Part shown: positions 50,258 through 61,566 of the stretch, in pieces | Numbering within the stretch: position 1 is the first letter of the stretch | Layout of the letters: each line of letters starts with the position of its first letter | Assembly (NCBI GenBank): GCA_017504305.1 | Contig: JAFVRJ010000001.1 | Location: 13,562 to 77,561, forward strand | DNA: 64,000 nt | Source: Clostridia bacterium | GTDB taxonomy: Bacteria > Bacillota > Clostridia > Christensenellales > DTU072 | Direction of reading: 5' to 3' | Program-made: the position numbers and the translations under genes | The notes under the pieces: generated by a model | What the model was told of the DNA's origin: nothing | What the model saw: only the letters and a program-made list of their open reading frames with translations | The model's database searches: none

Positions 50258-53200
50258 ATGAAAAAATCAAAGTCTTTATCCCCTATCTTGCTCACCGCAG
50301 TCACCGTGATACTCGTATTTATGATGGCTTTCAGCATCTCTTGCACAGAGATCGATGCACCCGGCGGTCAACTTAACGTTACCCCCACCGCAAAGCCCTT
50401 CATAAACAAGTTAACCGACCTCAAGCTCGACTCGACGGCATACTTTAACGACGACGTAGTTCAACAACTACCCTCTACCGTTAAAAACTCCGATCGCCTT
50501 TCGTTGATTATCCGCACCAAAAACCAAACCGTAGTGGATAGCTACGACGCTACCCCCACCGGCAAAACTCTTTTACAATACGCGGGCTCGCCCGAGGCTC
50601 AAAGCATCCGCGCGGAAATTAACCAAGACTCCGCTTCCCTCTTGAACGAGCTTAAAGATAGCGGTATCGATTACACCATAGGTAAATCCTATTACACCCT
50701 TTTGAGTGGCGTTGAAATCTACGCTCAAGCAGAGGACTTCTACAAAATTTGCAACGTTATCGGCAACCGCGCTGACGTTATCGTCGGTGAAGTTTACAAC
50801 ACCTGCGAAACCAAAGTCGTCGAAAACGCCGTTGACGTTTACGATACCGGTATATTCGATAGCTCCGACTTCGCTTACGACGGCACCGGCACTGTTGTTG
50901 CCGTACTCGACACCGGCCTCGATTACTACCACTCCGCTTTTTCAATATCCAACTTCGGTGCAGCTAACACCCCCGAAAAATTAGCTCTTGATTTAAACGA
51001 TATTCAAGCCCTCGTAGCCGACACCGCAGCAAGCCAATTGGTACAAGGCTTAACCGCAGAGGACGTTTACATTAACGAAAAAGTCCCCTTCGCTTTCGAC
51101 TATGCCGATTACGACAGCGACGTTTATCCCATCGCTCAAGATCACGGCACTCACGTTGCAGGTATTATCGCAGGTAAAGACGACACTATCACCGGCGTAG
51201 CAGTCAATGCACAGCTGGCTATTATGAAGATTTTCTCAGACGTAGAGCAATACTCCCGTACCTCTTGGATTTTGGGCGCTCTCGAAGACTGCGTTGTTCT
51301 CGGCGTTGACGTTATCAATATGTCAATCGGTACTACCGCCGGCTTTAGCCGTGAAACCGATAAAGAAACCATCTCCGGCGTTTACGACGACATCCGTGCA
51401 AGAGGCATTAACCTCGTCGTTGCCGCATCCAACTCCTACAACTCAACCTACAGCTCCGAGAAAAACGGTAACCTCGGTCTTACCTCTAATCCCGATAGCG
51501 CAACCGTTGGCTCGCCCTCCACTTATAAAGGTGCTCTTTCCGTTGCTTCTATCGAAGGCGCAAAAACCTTCTATCTCGATTACAACGGCACCATCATTTA
51601 CTTCGAAGAATCCTCCGACAGAGTCGGTGAGGAAAGAGAATTCGTCAAAGGTTTGTTAGACGGACGTCAACAAGATACCCTCTCTATCGAGTATATTAAA
51701 ATCCCCGGCGTAGGCCGTACCGCCGACTATACCGGCATCGACGTTCGCGGTAAGATTGCTCTCGTAAGCCGTGGCTCCAACACCTTCGAAGAAAAAGCTA
51801 ACATCGCTGAAAAACAAGGCGCCGCCGCAGTTATTATTTACAACAACGTATCGGGCGACATCAAAATGAACGTTGGCGATACCACCATCCCCGCTTGTTC
51901 AATCTCTCAAGACGACGGCGAACTCCTCGCTGAAGCAGGTCGCGGTTCCATTACCATCGGCCTCACCCAAGCGGCCGGTCCGTTTATTTCCGACTTCTCC
52001 TCTTGGGGGCCCTCTCCCGACCTCGAAATTAAGCCGGAAATCACCGCTCACGGTGGCTCGATTCTTTCCTCTGTTCCGGGACAAGATTACGATCGCATCT
52101 CCGGTACCTCGATGGCTACCCCCAACGTATCGGGCGTTACCGCACTTTTACGCCAATACGTAAAGGCTAACTTCCCCTCTATTGCAAATGACAGCGTTGA
52201 AGTAGCCGCTATGGTTAACAAGCTCTTAATGAGCACCGCCGATATCGTTTACAACAAGAACGGCTTACCCTACTCCGTACGTAAACAAGGTGCAGGTCTT
52301 GCAAACCTCAACGACTGCGCCGATACCTCCGCCGTTATCGTAACCTATGATAAGAACGGTAACGCTATGGATAAATCCAAGGTTGAGCTCGGCGACGACC
52401 GTCAAAGAAAGGGTGTTTACGAACTCAACTTCGATATCGATAACTTCGGTACCACCGCACTTTCTTACGACCTCTCTTACTACGTAATGACCGAAGGCGT
52501 TAGCGAAACCAAAACCAACGACGGCAAAACCACCGTTACCGAAACCGCATACATCCTCGACGGCGCAAAAATTGATATCAACTCTGTTGTAGGCGGAACG
52601 TTAAACGGCACCAAAATAAGCGTTCCCGCAGGTCAAAAAGCAAGCGTAACCTTGACTTTAACCCTTTCGAATAAAGATAAAGCTTACCTCGATAGCTCCT
52701 TCGCAAACGGTATGTACGTTGAAGGCTTCATTATTTTGGATGGCGAAGGCGATACCACCGACCTCGGCTTCCCCTACCTCGCTTTCTACGGCGACTGGAC
52801 GGTTGCTCCCATCTTCGACCTTGATTACTACGCAACCAATAAGGACGAGCTTGACGACTCCATCGACCTCCTCGACAAAACCTTGCCCGACGCTTACGCA
52901 TCCCGTCCCATCGGCGGAACCTATGCTGACTACGTAAGCTACCTCGGCGCATATTACTTCGACCAAAAACCCGGCACCAAAATGATAGCCGCGGATAGAA
53001 AATATATCTCCCTTTCCAACCAAACCGATACTATCAACTCCGTTCGTTTTGCTTGGATGGGAATGCTCCGCAACGCAGCTAAAATCGATATCGTTATTAC
53101 CGACGACGCTACCGGCGAGGTAGTATACTCCACCACCGACTACGATATACGTAAGTCTTACGGCGACGGCGGTCCTATTGCTCCCGCTAACGTAGATATC

Positions 53201-56200
53201 GAGTTTAGCGCAATCGAACACAACTTGAAAAACAACACCTCTTACACCGCAACCTTAACCGGTTATCTCGATTACGCGGACGGCGGTATCAATACCAACT
53301 TGAACAATACCTTCACCTTCCCCATCGTAACCGACTTCGAAGCTCCTATCGTTGAGGACGTAGAGTTCTACACCGAATACGATCGCGCTGAAAAGAAAAA
53401 TCGCCTCTTTGCAAAGATGGCTATTTACGATAACCACTTCTCTATGGGTGCTCTCGTTGGATACGTAGGTACCGTTTACAACAGCACCACCGGTAAGTAC
53501 GAGTTCTTACTCAACGGATTCGACCAATACGTTACGCCTATCTACTCCGAGCGCAACTCCACTTCCTACGTAATTTACGAGCTTACCGACCACCTCGACA
53601 CCATTAAGGGCGCTAACGGCAGTTACTTCAAAAACACCTTTACCGTAACCGCTTACGACTACGCCTTGAACCAAGCAACCTATCAAATCGAACTCCCCGA
53701 CGAGTATTTGGATTTCTACTTTACCGAAACCGAAATCACCTTAAGCCCCAACGAGCTTTACGACCTTGCTCCCCTCGTCTATCCCGACACCGAGTGGGCA
53801 GAGTTTATCGAGTACGAATCCAACCGTCCCGATATCGCAAGAGTTGTTGGCGGTAAACTGCTTGCAGTTAAGTCCGGTGCTTGCGTTATCACCGCAAAAG
53901 CTACCTTAAAGGACGGCTCCGTAAAGACCACCCAACTCCTCGTTGAAGTTTTGGCAAAGGGCGATGCCGGCTATAAGACTTATACCGAGCCCGTAGTATC
54001 TCGCTTTGCTCTTACCGGATACTACACCAACAAGGCTTATTATATGCTCGATAACACCGAAAGAAAGATAGGTCTTACCGGCGACGAGCGTAAATTTGCG
54101 GGTAACTATTCTTTGAGCTTATATCCCTCCGAATCCGTAACCTTACGCTACGACCTACTCGCATACTTCCCCGACGTTACCAAGGTAGAGTTTACCACCT
54201 CTAACGACTCCATCGTAACCGTTAACACCAACGGTACCTTGATAGCTCAAAAGGAAGGTCTTGCCACCGTAACCGCAAAGGTTTACAAGAACAATAAGAG
54301 CACCTTCTATTCTCAAGCAGTCAGAATTGAAGTCAAAGACCCCTACGTCAACAGCGGTCCCAGCTTAACACATTACTACGGCTTGGGCGGTTTGGTAACC
54401 ATCCCCTCCACCCTCGCTATCAAAGATATAGGTTCCTTCGCCTTCTCTAACTTCGATTACATCGAAAAAGGACCTGACGACCTTATCAACGAAGAAGTTC
54501 CCGAGCTTACCAAACAATGGTACATCGGCGACAACACCATCGAGGAAGTTATTATTCCCGAGGGCGTCGAAACCATCGGCTCTTACGCCTTTGCTAACCT
54601 CACCGCTCTTAAGAAGGTAACCTTCCCCTCCACCTTGAAGAATATCGCGAACGGCGCATTCTACGGTTGCACCAAGTTGAAGACCCTCGTTGGCTTACAA
54701 CACGTTAAGTTCATCAACCAACAAGCCTTCTACGGTTGCGCTCTCGAAGGTACTATTACCTTTGGTAATACCATCGCTATCGGCGACTACGCATTTGCAG
54801 AAAATAAAGCTATAACCAAGGTTGTTCTTTCCGCAAATACCCAATCGGTAGGACAATTCGCCTTCGAAAACAATACCGCACTCACTACCCTTACCATTAA
54901 TGCCGAAAAATTAAAACTCGGTCAATACGTATTCTCCGGTTGCTCCGAGCTCACCTCTGTAAACGTAAACGCAGCAGTTATACCCACCGCGGCATTTAAC
55001 GACTGCTCAAAACTCGCAAGCGTAACTTTAGGTAAAGATGTAGCCGTTATTGGTCAATACGCCTTCCGCAACACCAAAGTTAACAACTTTACCGTTGCAA
55101 ACGGCAATACCACCTATAAACCCGTTCAAGGTGCATCCTACCTCACCAACGCAGAAGGCGACACCTTACTACTCTGCGCTCCCAACGCCAGCGGTATCAT
55201 AGCAGTTCCCAACACCGTAAAGACCATAGCTATGGGCGCATTTAGCGGAAACGCCAACGTAACCGAAGTTATTGCACCCGGCGTTACCAGCGTTAAAGAC
55301 TATGCTTTTGCAGAGTGCAACAAGCTCCAAAACGTAAGCTTTGCTATCTTAACCGAAATCGGCAACTACGCTTTCTATAAGACCGCTATAAGCACTATGC
55401 CCCTATTCAGCACAAAAGAAATCGGTAACTACGCATTTGCCGCAACCAAGTTAACCACCCTCACCTTTGGTGACGATATAGTTATAGGCGACTGTGCATT
55501 TGAGGAGTGTCAAGAGTTAAGTAGCGTAACCATCGGCGATAACGCAACTATCGGCAGATACGCCTTCAGATTACACCGCGAATTGAACTTCGAAGAACTC
55601 TTCTACACCGTAGACGAAGTACAATACTTCTATTACCGTTACACTTCCGCCCTTGATAGCTTGACTATCGGCGACAACGCAACGCTTAATAGAGGTGCTT
55701 TCTACGGCGCGTCTGAAATCACTTCCGTAACCATCGGCGAAGGCGCTTATATCGGCGACGAAGCCTTCTTTAACGCAGACGAGCTCACCACTATCGACCT
55801 CTCCAAGGCAACCTATATCGGTAATAACGCTTTCAGCGGTGACATCGTTTACGAATTTAAGGACCAATCCTTCAGCGAACCCGCCCTCAATGACGATAAG
55901 AGTGATTATATCTATAGATATTACGCTTCCGACTTAACTACTTTAGACCTATCCGCCGCCACCTATCTCGGTGATTACGCTTTTGCATATAACTTCGACC
56001 TCGCAAACGTAACCCTCGGCGCTGACGTTAAGAAGATTGGTGATTACGCCTTCTATATGGACGAAAACCTCACTTCTATCGACATAAGTAAGGTTGAAGA
56101 AATCGGTGAATATGCATTTATGGATAGCAACCTTATCTCCGCTACCTTAACCAACGTAGTTAACGTAGGTAAGTACGCGTTTATGAACAGCGCACATCTT

Positions 56201-57478
56201 GCAAGCGTAGCATTTGGAGTAAACGTTCAAAAGATTGACGAAGGTGCATTTGCTTACACCCCCGCTCTTACCACCGTCCAAGGTCTTGATAAGGTATCTT
56301 ACGTAGGCGATTACGCATTTGCTTACTCCGCTCTCACTTTAGCAGATTTGAGTGGCGCTACCTACGTAGGCACTTACGCGTTCATTAAAGAAACCTATAC
56401 CGCCTTCACTCTCACCCTCGGTAATAAGCTCCAAGAAACGGGCGACGCTCCCTTTGCTTTCTTAAACGTTCAACCCTTCAGCAAGGTTGTAACCGAAAGC
56501 TTCAACGAAAAGGATTACGACACCGTAACTTTGGACTACGATATTAACGATAAGTTTGTCGTTCGTGACGGCTCGTTGTACAAGAAGGTCGTTAAGGGCT
56601 TGGAACTCATCCTCAACTGCTCTAAAGAAAGCGTAATCGAGGTTGCAGAAGGTACCGTAAGAATCGGTGCGTACGCATTTGCAGGCAGTGACGTAGTCAA
56701 CGTAATCTTCCCCTACACCGTTGCTTCTATCGGACATAAAGCACTATACGGATGCGATAAGCTCGCTATAGTAAACTTCAACTCCTTTGAAGCTCCCATC
56801 TTGGAAGAAGAATACGACCCCGAGTACTTCTATAGCTACGAGAACTTGCCCACTACCGAAGAGCATCTCTCCGAAACCCCCGACTTCCATGGTCTTGGCA
56901 TCACCAAGTACTATATGTGGAACGCTGCAAGTATCCCCTCCAACGTTTACTACGGAGCAAACTTTAGTAACTACGTTGGTAAAGTCGATGCAAATATCGT
57001 ATTGGTACGCCCCTCTAACGGCAAGTATTACGATAGCTTCATCTTCGACCAATACTTTGCTCTTACCATCGAGGGCGCAAGCGCTGCCGACGAAGTAACC
57101 CTTAAAGCTATTGCTGCAATCGCCGCTCTCCCCGACAGAGTTGCCCTTAAGGATAAAGCCTTGGTAGAAGCTGCTCGTGCCGCTTACGACCAAATCGCAA
57201 GCTTGGAGCAAAAAGCCCTCGTTCTCGATTACGCAAAGCTTACCACCGCTGAAAAGAGAATTAAGGACCTCGAGTATCTCGAAAATGAAGAAAATCCCTC
57301 CGCTCCCGTAGAGCCTCCTATCGAAACCCCTGAAGAAACTCCCGACGAAGGTATCGATAACATAGCTCCCGTAAACAACACCCCGAGCATGATACTTGCA
57401 ATAGTATTTACCGCTCTCGGCGTTTTAGGCGCAGGCGTATTCGTAGCACTTTACTTTGTAAAGAAGTTCAAAAAATAA
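50258..57478 (+). CDS. giant cell-envelope S8 subtilisin-like serine protease (2406 aa) with PA domain, Big_2-like domains, a long BspA-type leucine-rich-repeat region and a C-terminal TM anchor
   Basis: Start at 50258, lipobox FSISC. Catalytic triad VVAVLDTGLD, HGTHVAGIIAG, SGTSMATPNVSG. PA insert GKIALVSRGSNTFEEKA. LRRs of the type IGxYAFxxCxxLxSVT. C-terminal MILAIVFTALGVLGAGVFVALYFVKKFKK. Confidence 0.9.
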   Translation: MKKSKSLSPILLTAVTVILVFMMAFSISCTEIDAPGGQLNVTPTAKPFINKLTDLKLDSTAYFNDDVVQQLPSTVKNSDRLSLIIRTKNQTVVDSYDATPTGKTLLQYAGSPEAQSIRAEINQDSASLLNELKDSGIDYTIGKSYYTLLSGVEIYAQAEDFYKICNVIGNRADVIVGEVYNTCETKVVENAVDVYDTGIFDSSDFAYDGTGTVVAVLDTGLDYYHSAFSISNFGAANTPEKLALDLNDIQALVADTAASQLVQGLTAEDVYINEKVPFAFDYADYDSDVYPIAQDHGTHVAGIIAGKDDTITGVAVNAQLAIMKIFSDVEQYSRTSWILGALEDCVVLGVDVINMSIGTTAGFSRETDKETISGVYDDIRARGINLVVAASNSYNSTYSSEKNGNLGLTSNPDSATVGSPSTYKGALSVASIEGAKTFYLDYNGTIIYFEESSDRVGEEREFVKGLLDGRQQDTLSIEYIKIPGVGRTADYTGIDVRGKIALVSRGSNTFEEKANIAEKQGAAAVIIYNNVSGDIKMNVGDTTIPACSISQDDGELLAEAGRGSITIGLTQAAGPFISDFSSWGPSPDLEIKPEITAHGGSILSSVPGQDYDRISGTSMATPNVSGVTALLRQYVKANFPSIANDSVEVAAMVNKLLMSTADIVYNKNGLPYSVRKQGAGLANLNDCADTSAVIVTYDKNGNAMDKSKVELGDDRQRKGVYELNFDIDNFGTTALSYDLSYYVMTEGVSETKTNDGKTTVTETAYILDGAKIDINSVVGGTLNGTKISVPAGQKASVTLTLTLSNKDKAYLDSSFANGMYVEGFIILDGEGDTTDLGFPYLAFYGDWTVAPIFDLDYYATNKDELDDSIDLLDKTLPDAYASRPIGGTYADYVSYLGAYYFDQKPGTKMIAADRKYISLSNQTDTINSVRFAWMGMLRNAAKIDIVITDDATGEVVYSTTDYDIRKSYGDGGPIAPANVDIEFSAIEHNLKNNTSYTATLTGYLDYADGGINTNLNNTFTFPIVTDFEAPIVEDVEFYTEYDRAEKKNRLFAKMAIYDNHFSMGALVGYVGTVYNSTTGKYEFLLNGFDQYVTPIYSERNSTSYVIYELTDHLDTIKGANGSYFKNTFTVTAYDYALNQATYQIELPDEYLDFYFTETEITLSPNELYDLAPLVYPDTEWAEFIEYESNRPDIARVVGGKLLAVKSGACVITAKATLKDGSVKTTQLLVEVLAKGDAGYKTYTEPVVSRFALTGYYTNKAYYMLDNTERKIGLTGDERKFAGNYSLSLYPSESVTLRYDLLAYFPDVTKVEFTTSNDSIVTVNTNGTLIAQKEGLATVTAKVYKNNKSTFYSQAVRIEVKDPYVNSGPSLTHYYGLGGLVTIPSTLAIKDIGSFAFSNFDYIEKGPDDLINEEVPELTKQWYIGDNTIEEVIIPEGVETIGSYAFANLTALKKVTFPSTLKNIANGAFYGCTKLKTLVGLQHVKFINQQAFYGCALEGTITFGNTIAIGDYAFAENKAITKVVLSANTQSVGQFAFENNTALTTLTINAEKLKLGQYVFSGCSELTSVNVNAAVIPTAAFNDCSKLASVTLGKDVAVIGQYAFRNTKVNNFTVANGNTTYKPVQGASYLTNAEGDTLLLCAPNASGIIAVPNTVKTIAMGAFSGNANVTEVIAPGVTSVKDYAFAECNKLQNVSFAILTEIGNYAFYKTAISTMPLFSTKEIGNYAFAATKLTTLTFGDDIVIGDCAFEECQELSSVTIGDNATIGRYAFRLHRELNFEELFYTVDEVQYFYYRYTSALDSLTIGDNATLNRGAFYGASEITSVTIGEGAYIGDEAFFNADELTTIDLSKATYIGNNAFSGDIVYEFKDQSFSEPALNDDKSDYIYRYYASDLTTLDLSAATYLGDYAFAYNFDLANVTLGADVKKIGDYAFYMDENLTSIDISKVEEIGEYAFMDSNLISATLTNVVNVGKYAFMNSAHLASVAFGVNVQKIDEGAFAYTPALTTVQGLDKVSYVGDYAFAYSALTLADLSGATYVGTYAFIKETYTAFTLTLGNKLQETGDAPFAFLNVQPFSKVVTESFNEKDYDTVTLDYDINDKFVVRDGSLYKKVVKGLELILNCSKESVIEVAEGTVRIGAYAFAGSDVVNVIFPYTVASIGHKALYGCDKLAIVNFNSFEAPILEEEYDPEYFYSYENLPTTEEHLSETPDFHGLGITKYYMWNAASIPSNVYYGANFSNYVGKVDANIVLVRPSNGKYYDSFIFDQYFALTIEGASAADEVTLKAIAAIAALPDRVALKDKALVEAARAAYDQIASLEQKALVLDYAKLTTAEKRIKDLEYLENEENPSAPVEPPIETPEETPDEGIDNIAPVNNTPSMILAIVFTALGVLGAGVFVALYFVKKFKK

Positions 57479-57502
57479 ACACCTCGAAAGAAGGAAAATA
57501 TA

Positions 57503-58816
57503 ATGAGTAAAAGAAAATTAACTTTAGTCATCTTGATTTTGGTCGCTTTGATTGCGGTACTCACCCTATCGGCTTGCAAAAGCGATACCCCTTTTAAAGG
57601 TCTTGACAAGAGCGGATACACCGTTAGCGTAAAGTTTTTAGCTAACGGCGGTACCGTCAAGGGACAACAAGATATCTCTATGCTTGACGTCTATAATTTA
57701 GCTACCGCTAAAACCGACGAGAACGGCAATAAGCTTATCAAAGTTCTCGCCAACGATGACGCTCAACGTGGTCAAAACGCCTTTACAATCCAACACCTCT
57801 ATTCCGATAGATATTACTTCGGCGGTTGGTATAAAGTGGAGTCCTTTGACGAAAACGGCAACCCGGTACTCGGCGAAAAGTGGAACTTTGATAGCTATCT
57901 CACCATTGATCCAAGCAAAGAGTATTCTTCCGACAGTCCCGTTTTATATCTTGCTGCAAAATGGGAGCCCTACTTTACTTTTAATATTTACGTTCTTAAC
58001 GACCAAAATCAATTTGAACTTAAGAGCACCTCTCAACAACTTATATTGGATTATCCCACTTGGGATACTTCAAAAGGTGTTTTAAAGTATAACGATTACC
58101 CCACCATAACCGGCAAGAGCTTTGATAAAGCGTACACTTCTGCGGAAATGACCACCGAAATCACCGCTAACCTTACCGAAGCAGACATTACCTTTGTAGA
58201 CGGCGTATCTCAACCTTACAACGTATACGTTACCTACAAGGACGGCGAGTGGTTTAACGTTTATAGCGCAAAGCAATTAAAGAGCCCAAAAGCTAACGCA
58301 CACTACGTACTCATGGCTGACCTTGACTTCAGCGAAAGAGGCTCTACTTGGGCATTTGGCACAATGACCTTTAACGGCTCTATTTACGGCAACGGACATA
58401 AGATTAAAAACGTCGAAGGTGCATCTATAACCACCGCAACCTACGGCGGATTGTTCGGTAAGCTCGGTGCAAGTGCTAAAATTGATAACGTTGTATTCGA
58501 AAACGTAACCTTTACCGCAAACGGTACCATCAAGAACGAATCTGATATCGGCTTCTTTGCCGGTACTTACGAAGCGGGCACAACCTTTACTAACCTTACC
58601 TTTACGAACTGTAAGTTACTGCTTGCTAAAGGGTTATATAACGACTTTTTAACCAAGTGGACTAACGAAGATATCGTAATCGGTAAGTTTAGCGCAAGCG
58701 GTACCCCTAACGGCGTAGATACCACCGGTATCACTGTAGAACTTGACGAAACGATAACCGATGCCGACTTCAGAGTGGATGAAGACGACTTCGTTTACCC
58801 TGCATTTAACGGATAA
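57503..58816 (+). CDS. lipoprotein with Listeria-Bacteroides-repeat-like and GLUG-motif-like regions
   Basis: Lipobox LTLSAC. YYFGGWYKVESFDENGNP is a Flg_new-like repeat. YGGLFGKLG...IGFFAG is GLUG-like. Confidence 0.6.
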   Translation: MSKRKLTLVILILVALIAVLTLSACKSDTPFKGLDKSGYTVSVKFLANGGTVKGQQDISMLDVYNLATAKTDENGNKLIKVLANDDAQRGQNAFTIQHLYSDRYYFGGWYKVESFDENGNPVLGEKWNFDSYLTIDPSKEYSSDSPVLYLAAKWEPYFTFNIYVLNDQNQFELKSTSQQLILDYPTWDTSKGVLKYNDYPTITGKSFDKAYTSAEMTTEITANLTEADITFVDGVSQPYNVYVTYKDGEWFNVYSAKQLKSPKANAHYVLMADLDFSERGSTWAFGTMTFNGSIYGNGHKIKNVEGASITTATYGGLFGKLGASAKIDNVVFENVTFTANGTIKNESDIGFFAGTYEAGTTFTNLTFTNCKLLLAKGLYNDFLTKWTNEDIVIGKFSASGTPNGVDTTGITVELDETITDADFRVDEDDFVYPAFNG

Positions 58817-58865
58817 AATAAAACAAAATATATATAAAACACTAATTTAGGAGGTAAATTCCCAA

Positions 58866-61490
58866 ATGAAAAAGAAGTTGATTTCTTTTATCATCTGCTT
58901 CGCTTTGATTGCAACGATGGTTCTTCCCCTCGTTGCTTGCGCTGACAAGGGCGGAGAAGATGGCGGAGACAACGGCGGCGGAGATAACGGCGGTACTACT
59001 ACCACCACTCGTCCCGACGCTCTCGTTTTAATGAGTGAAGAGTTGGACGGTTTATTCAACCCCTTCTTCTCCACTACTGCACCTGACGCTACTATCGTAT
59101 CGATGACTCAAATCGGCATGATTACTTCGGGTTATGCTAACGGTGACGTAACCATCGCTTACGGCGATAACGAAGCAGTTGTAGTTAAAGACCTTAAACA
59201 AGAGTTCGACGGAACCAATACCACTTATACCTTTGTTCTTAAGAACGGTATTCGCTTCTCCGACGGTCATCCCCTCACCATGGAAGACGTTCTCTTTAAC
59301 CTCTACGTATACCTCGATCCTGTTTACTTCGGTTCCAACACCATGAAATCGACCGATATCGTAGGCTTAAAGAACTACAGCACCCAAACCATCGCTTCCG
59401 GCAACGATGACACCGACGCTGCTCTTAACAACAGTGCTTTAGCTCTTGCACGTAGCCGTGTTGACGAGCTCATCAACTGCTTCAAAATTACCGCTCAAAC
59501 CCAAACCGAGGGCACTTACGACACCACTTACAACGAGATGGTTTCGGCTATCGAAGGTTGGAAGGTTTCCAGCGACTATAAAAACGCTATCTCCAACGAT
59601 ACCGATTCCGTAACAAGTGCTAACTTAAAGGCTGACTACGACCGTACTCTCGAAGAGTTCCGCAAAGAACTTACCAGAGACTACGCAAGTGCAAAAGACG
59701 CTTACAGCGAAGAGCCCTTTAAATCTCGCAACGAGTTCCAAAGCGACGTAACCAAGTTCATGCACTACGAAGGTTACGTAGACGTTAAGTATGCTAAAGA
59801 CGAGTTCAACAAGGATATTAAGAGCCAAATCGACACCGTAACCCTCCAATACAACACCGAGGTAGTTACCGATATGGAAAGCGCTATCAACTACGTTTAC
59901 AATGACAAAGTTAACAGCGAGCTCCACATGATTTTACAATACTGGGCAACCGGTACCACCCTCTTAAACGATTATATTGCTCAAGCAAAGGAAGTTATCC
60001 TCCACGCAAACGTTGGCACCGGAGACCTTGTAGTACCCAACATCAGCGGTATCAAGTCCCTTGGCCACACCACCGACGTTCAATCCGTTACCATCGGCAA
60101 CAACACCTATAACGTTGCTCACAACCACAATAGCGACGGTACTCCCTCCGATAACAACACCTACGACGTATTGGAAATCACCATCAACGGCGTTGACCCC
60201 AAAGCTATTTGGAACTTCGCTTTTGCAGTTGCTCCCCAACACTACTATGGTGAAGGATCTTCCGTTGGCGTAGATATTGCTAACAACAAGTTCGGCGTTG
60301 AATGGGGTACAAACGAGTTTATGGACGATATCGTTCAATCTCCCCGTAACGTTAAAGTTCCCGTTGGCGCAGGCGCTTACAAAGCAACCGACCGTAACAA
60401 CAACGACAACCCCGATCGTAACGAGTTCTACCGTAACAACGTTGTTTACTTCAAGGCAAACAACAACTTCTTGCTCGGTACTCCCAACATCGAAAAGGTT
60501 CGTTACCAAGTAATCAGCGCAACCAACGCTATCGGCGCTCTCGATTACGGCACTATCCACTTTGCATCTCCCCAATTCACCCAATTCAACATCGACCAAC
60601 TCAACGGCATGAAGTCCAAGGGCATCGAAACCACCTACACCGATCAACTCGGTTACGGCTACATCGGTATCAACGCAGGTAAAGTACCGGATATCAACAT
60701 CCGTAAGGCTATTATGTGCGCTATGAACACCAAACTCGCCCTCCAATTCTACTCCCCCGGCATGGCTGAAAACATCTATTGGCCCATGTCCACCGTAAGC
60801 TGGGCTTACCCCAAAACAGAAACAGGCGATAACCTCCGTGACAACGGTCACGACTATCCCGCATTGGTTTACGATGAAGAAACCGCAAAACAACAAATTT
60901 TAGACTATATGGCCGCTGCAGGCGTTTCCGCAGGCGACAGCGCTCTTAAGATCGACTTCACCATCGCAGGTGCAAACGTAGCCGATCACCCCACTTACAG
61001 AGTATTCGATAACGCGCGCAATCTTCTTAACAACCTCGGTTGGGAAATCACCGTTCGCTCCGACACTCAAGCACTCTCCAAGCTCTCCACCGGTTCTTTA
61101 GCAGTTTGGGCAGCAGCATGGGGCTCCACCGTAGACCCCGACCTCTATCAGGTCTACCACAAGAACTCCTCCGCTACCAGCGTTATCGCTTGGGGTTACA
61201 GAGAAATCTTAAACCAATCTGCATTATATCCCATCGAAAACGGCATCCTCGAAGACTTGAGTGAAGTTATCGACGACGCTCGCGAAACCGAAGACCGCGC
61301 AACCCGTACCACTCTTTACGAAGAGGCTATGGGTTACATCCTCGACCTTGCAGTAGAACTCCCCGTATATCAAAGAAAGGTTCTTTACGCTTATAACGCA
61401 AACGTTATCGATAAGAACTCCTTACCGCAAGAAATCAACCCCTATTCCTCTCCCTTAGATAAAATTTGGGAAATTAAATTTGCTCAATAA
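58866..61490 (+). CDS. ABC transporter substrate-binding lipoprotein, family 5 (peptide/Opp-Dpp type), unusually long (874 aa)
   Basis: Lipobox PLVAC with a GGEDGGDNGGGDNGG linker. SBP_bac_5-like segments are LFNPFFSTTA, FVLKNGIRFSDGHPLT, GAGAYK and GYGYIGINA. Large insertions are present relative to the ~550-aa norm. Confidence 0.8.
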   Translation: MKKKLISFIICFALIATMVLPLVACADKGGEDGGDNGGGDNGGTTTTTRPDALVLMSEELDGLFNPFFSTTAPDATIVSMTQIGMITSGYANGDVTIAYGDNEAVVVKDLKQEFDGTNTTYTFVLKNGIRFSDGHPLTMEDVLFNLYVYLDPVYFGSNTMKSTDIVGLKNYSTQTIASGNDDTDAALNNSALALARSRVDELINCFKITAQTQTEGTYDTTYNEMVSAIEGWKVSSDYKNAISNDTDSVTSANLKADYDRTLEEFRKELTRDYASAKDAYSEEPFKSRNEFQSDVTKFMHYEGYVDVKYAKDEFNKDIKSQIDTVTLQYNTEVVTDMESAINYVYNDKVNSELHMILQYWATGTTLLNDYIAQAKEVILHANVGTGDLVVPNISGIKSLGHTTDVQSVTIGNNTYNVAHNHNSDGTPSDNNTYDVLEITINGVDPKAIWNFAFAVAPQHYYGEGSSVGVDIANNKFGVEWGTNEFMDDIVQSPRNVKVPVGAGAYKATDRNNNDNPDRNEFYRNNVVYFKANNNFLLGTPNIEKVRYQVISATNAIGALDYGTIHFASPQFTQFNIDQLNGMKSKGIETTYTDQLGYGYIGINAGKVPDINIRKAIMCAMNTKLALQFYSPGMAENIYWPMSTVSWAYPKTETGDNLRDNGHDYPALVYDEETAKQQILDYMAAAGVSAGDSALKIDFTIAGANVADHPTYRVFDNARNLLNNLGWEITVRSDTQALSKLSTGSLAVWAAAWGSTVDPDLYQVYHKNSSATSVIAWGYREILNQSALYPIENGILEDLSEVIDDARETEDRATRTTLYEEAMGYILDLAVELPVYQRKVLYAYNANVIDKNSLPQEINPYSSPLDKIWEIKFAQ

Positions 61491-61505
61491 TCCTTAATTA
61501 AACTT

Positions 61506-61531
61506 GCTACCCGGGCGCAAGCTCGGGTAGC
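61506..61531 (+). promoter_or_regulatory. intercistronic stem-loop between the SBP and permease genes (no T-run)
   Basis: GCTACCCGGGC-GCAA-GCTCGGGTAGC, an 11-bp stem with one mismatch. It may be an mRNA-stabilising or attenuating hairpin, as is common after ABC SBP genes. Confidence 0.45.
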
Positions 61532-61566
61532 ACTGCTCAAAAAAATACATATAAAGAGGCAATTAT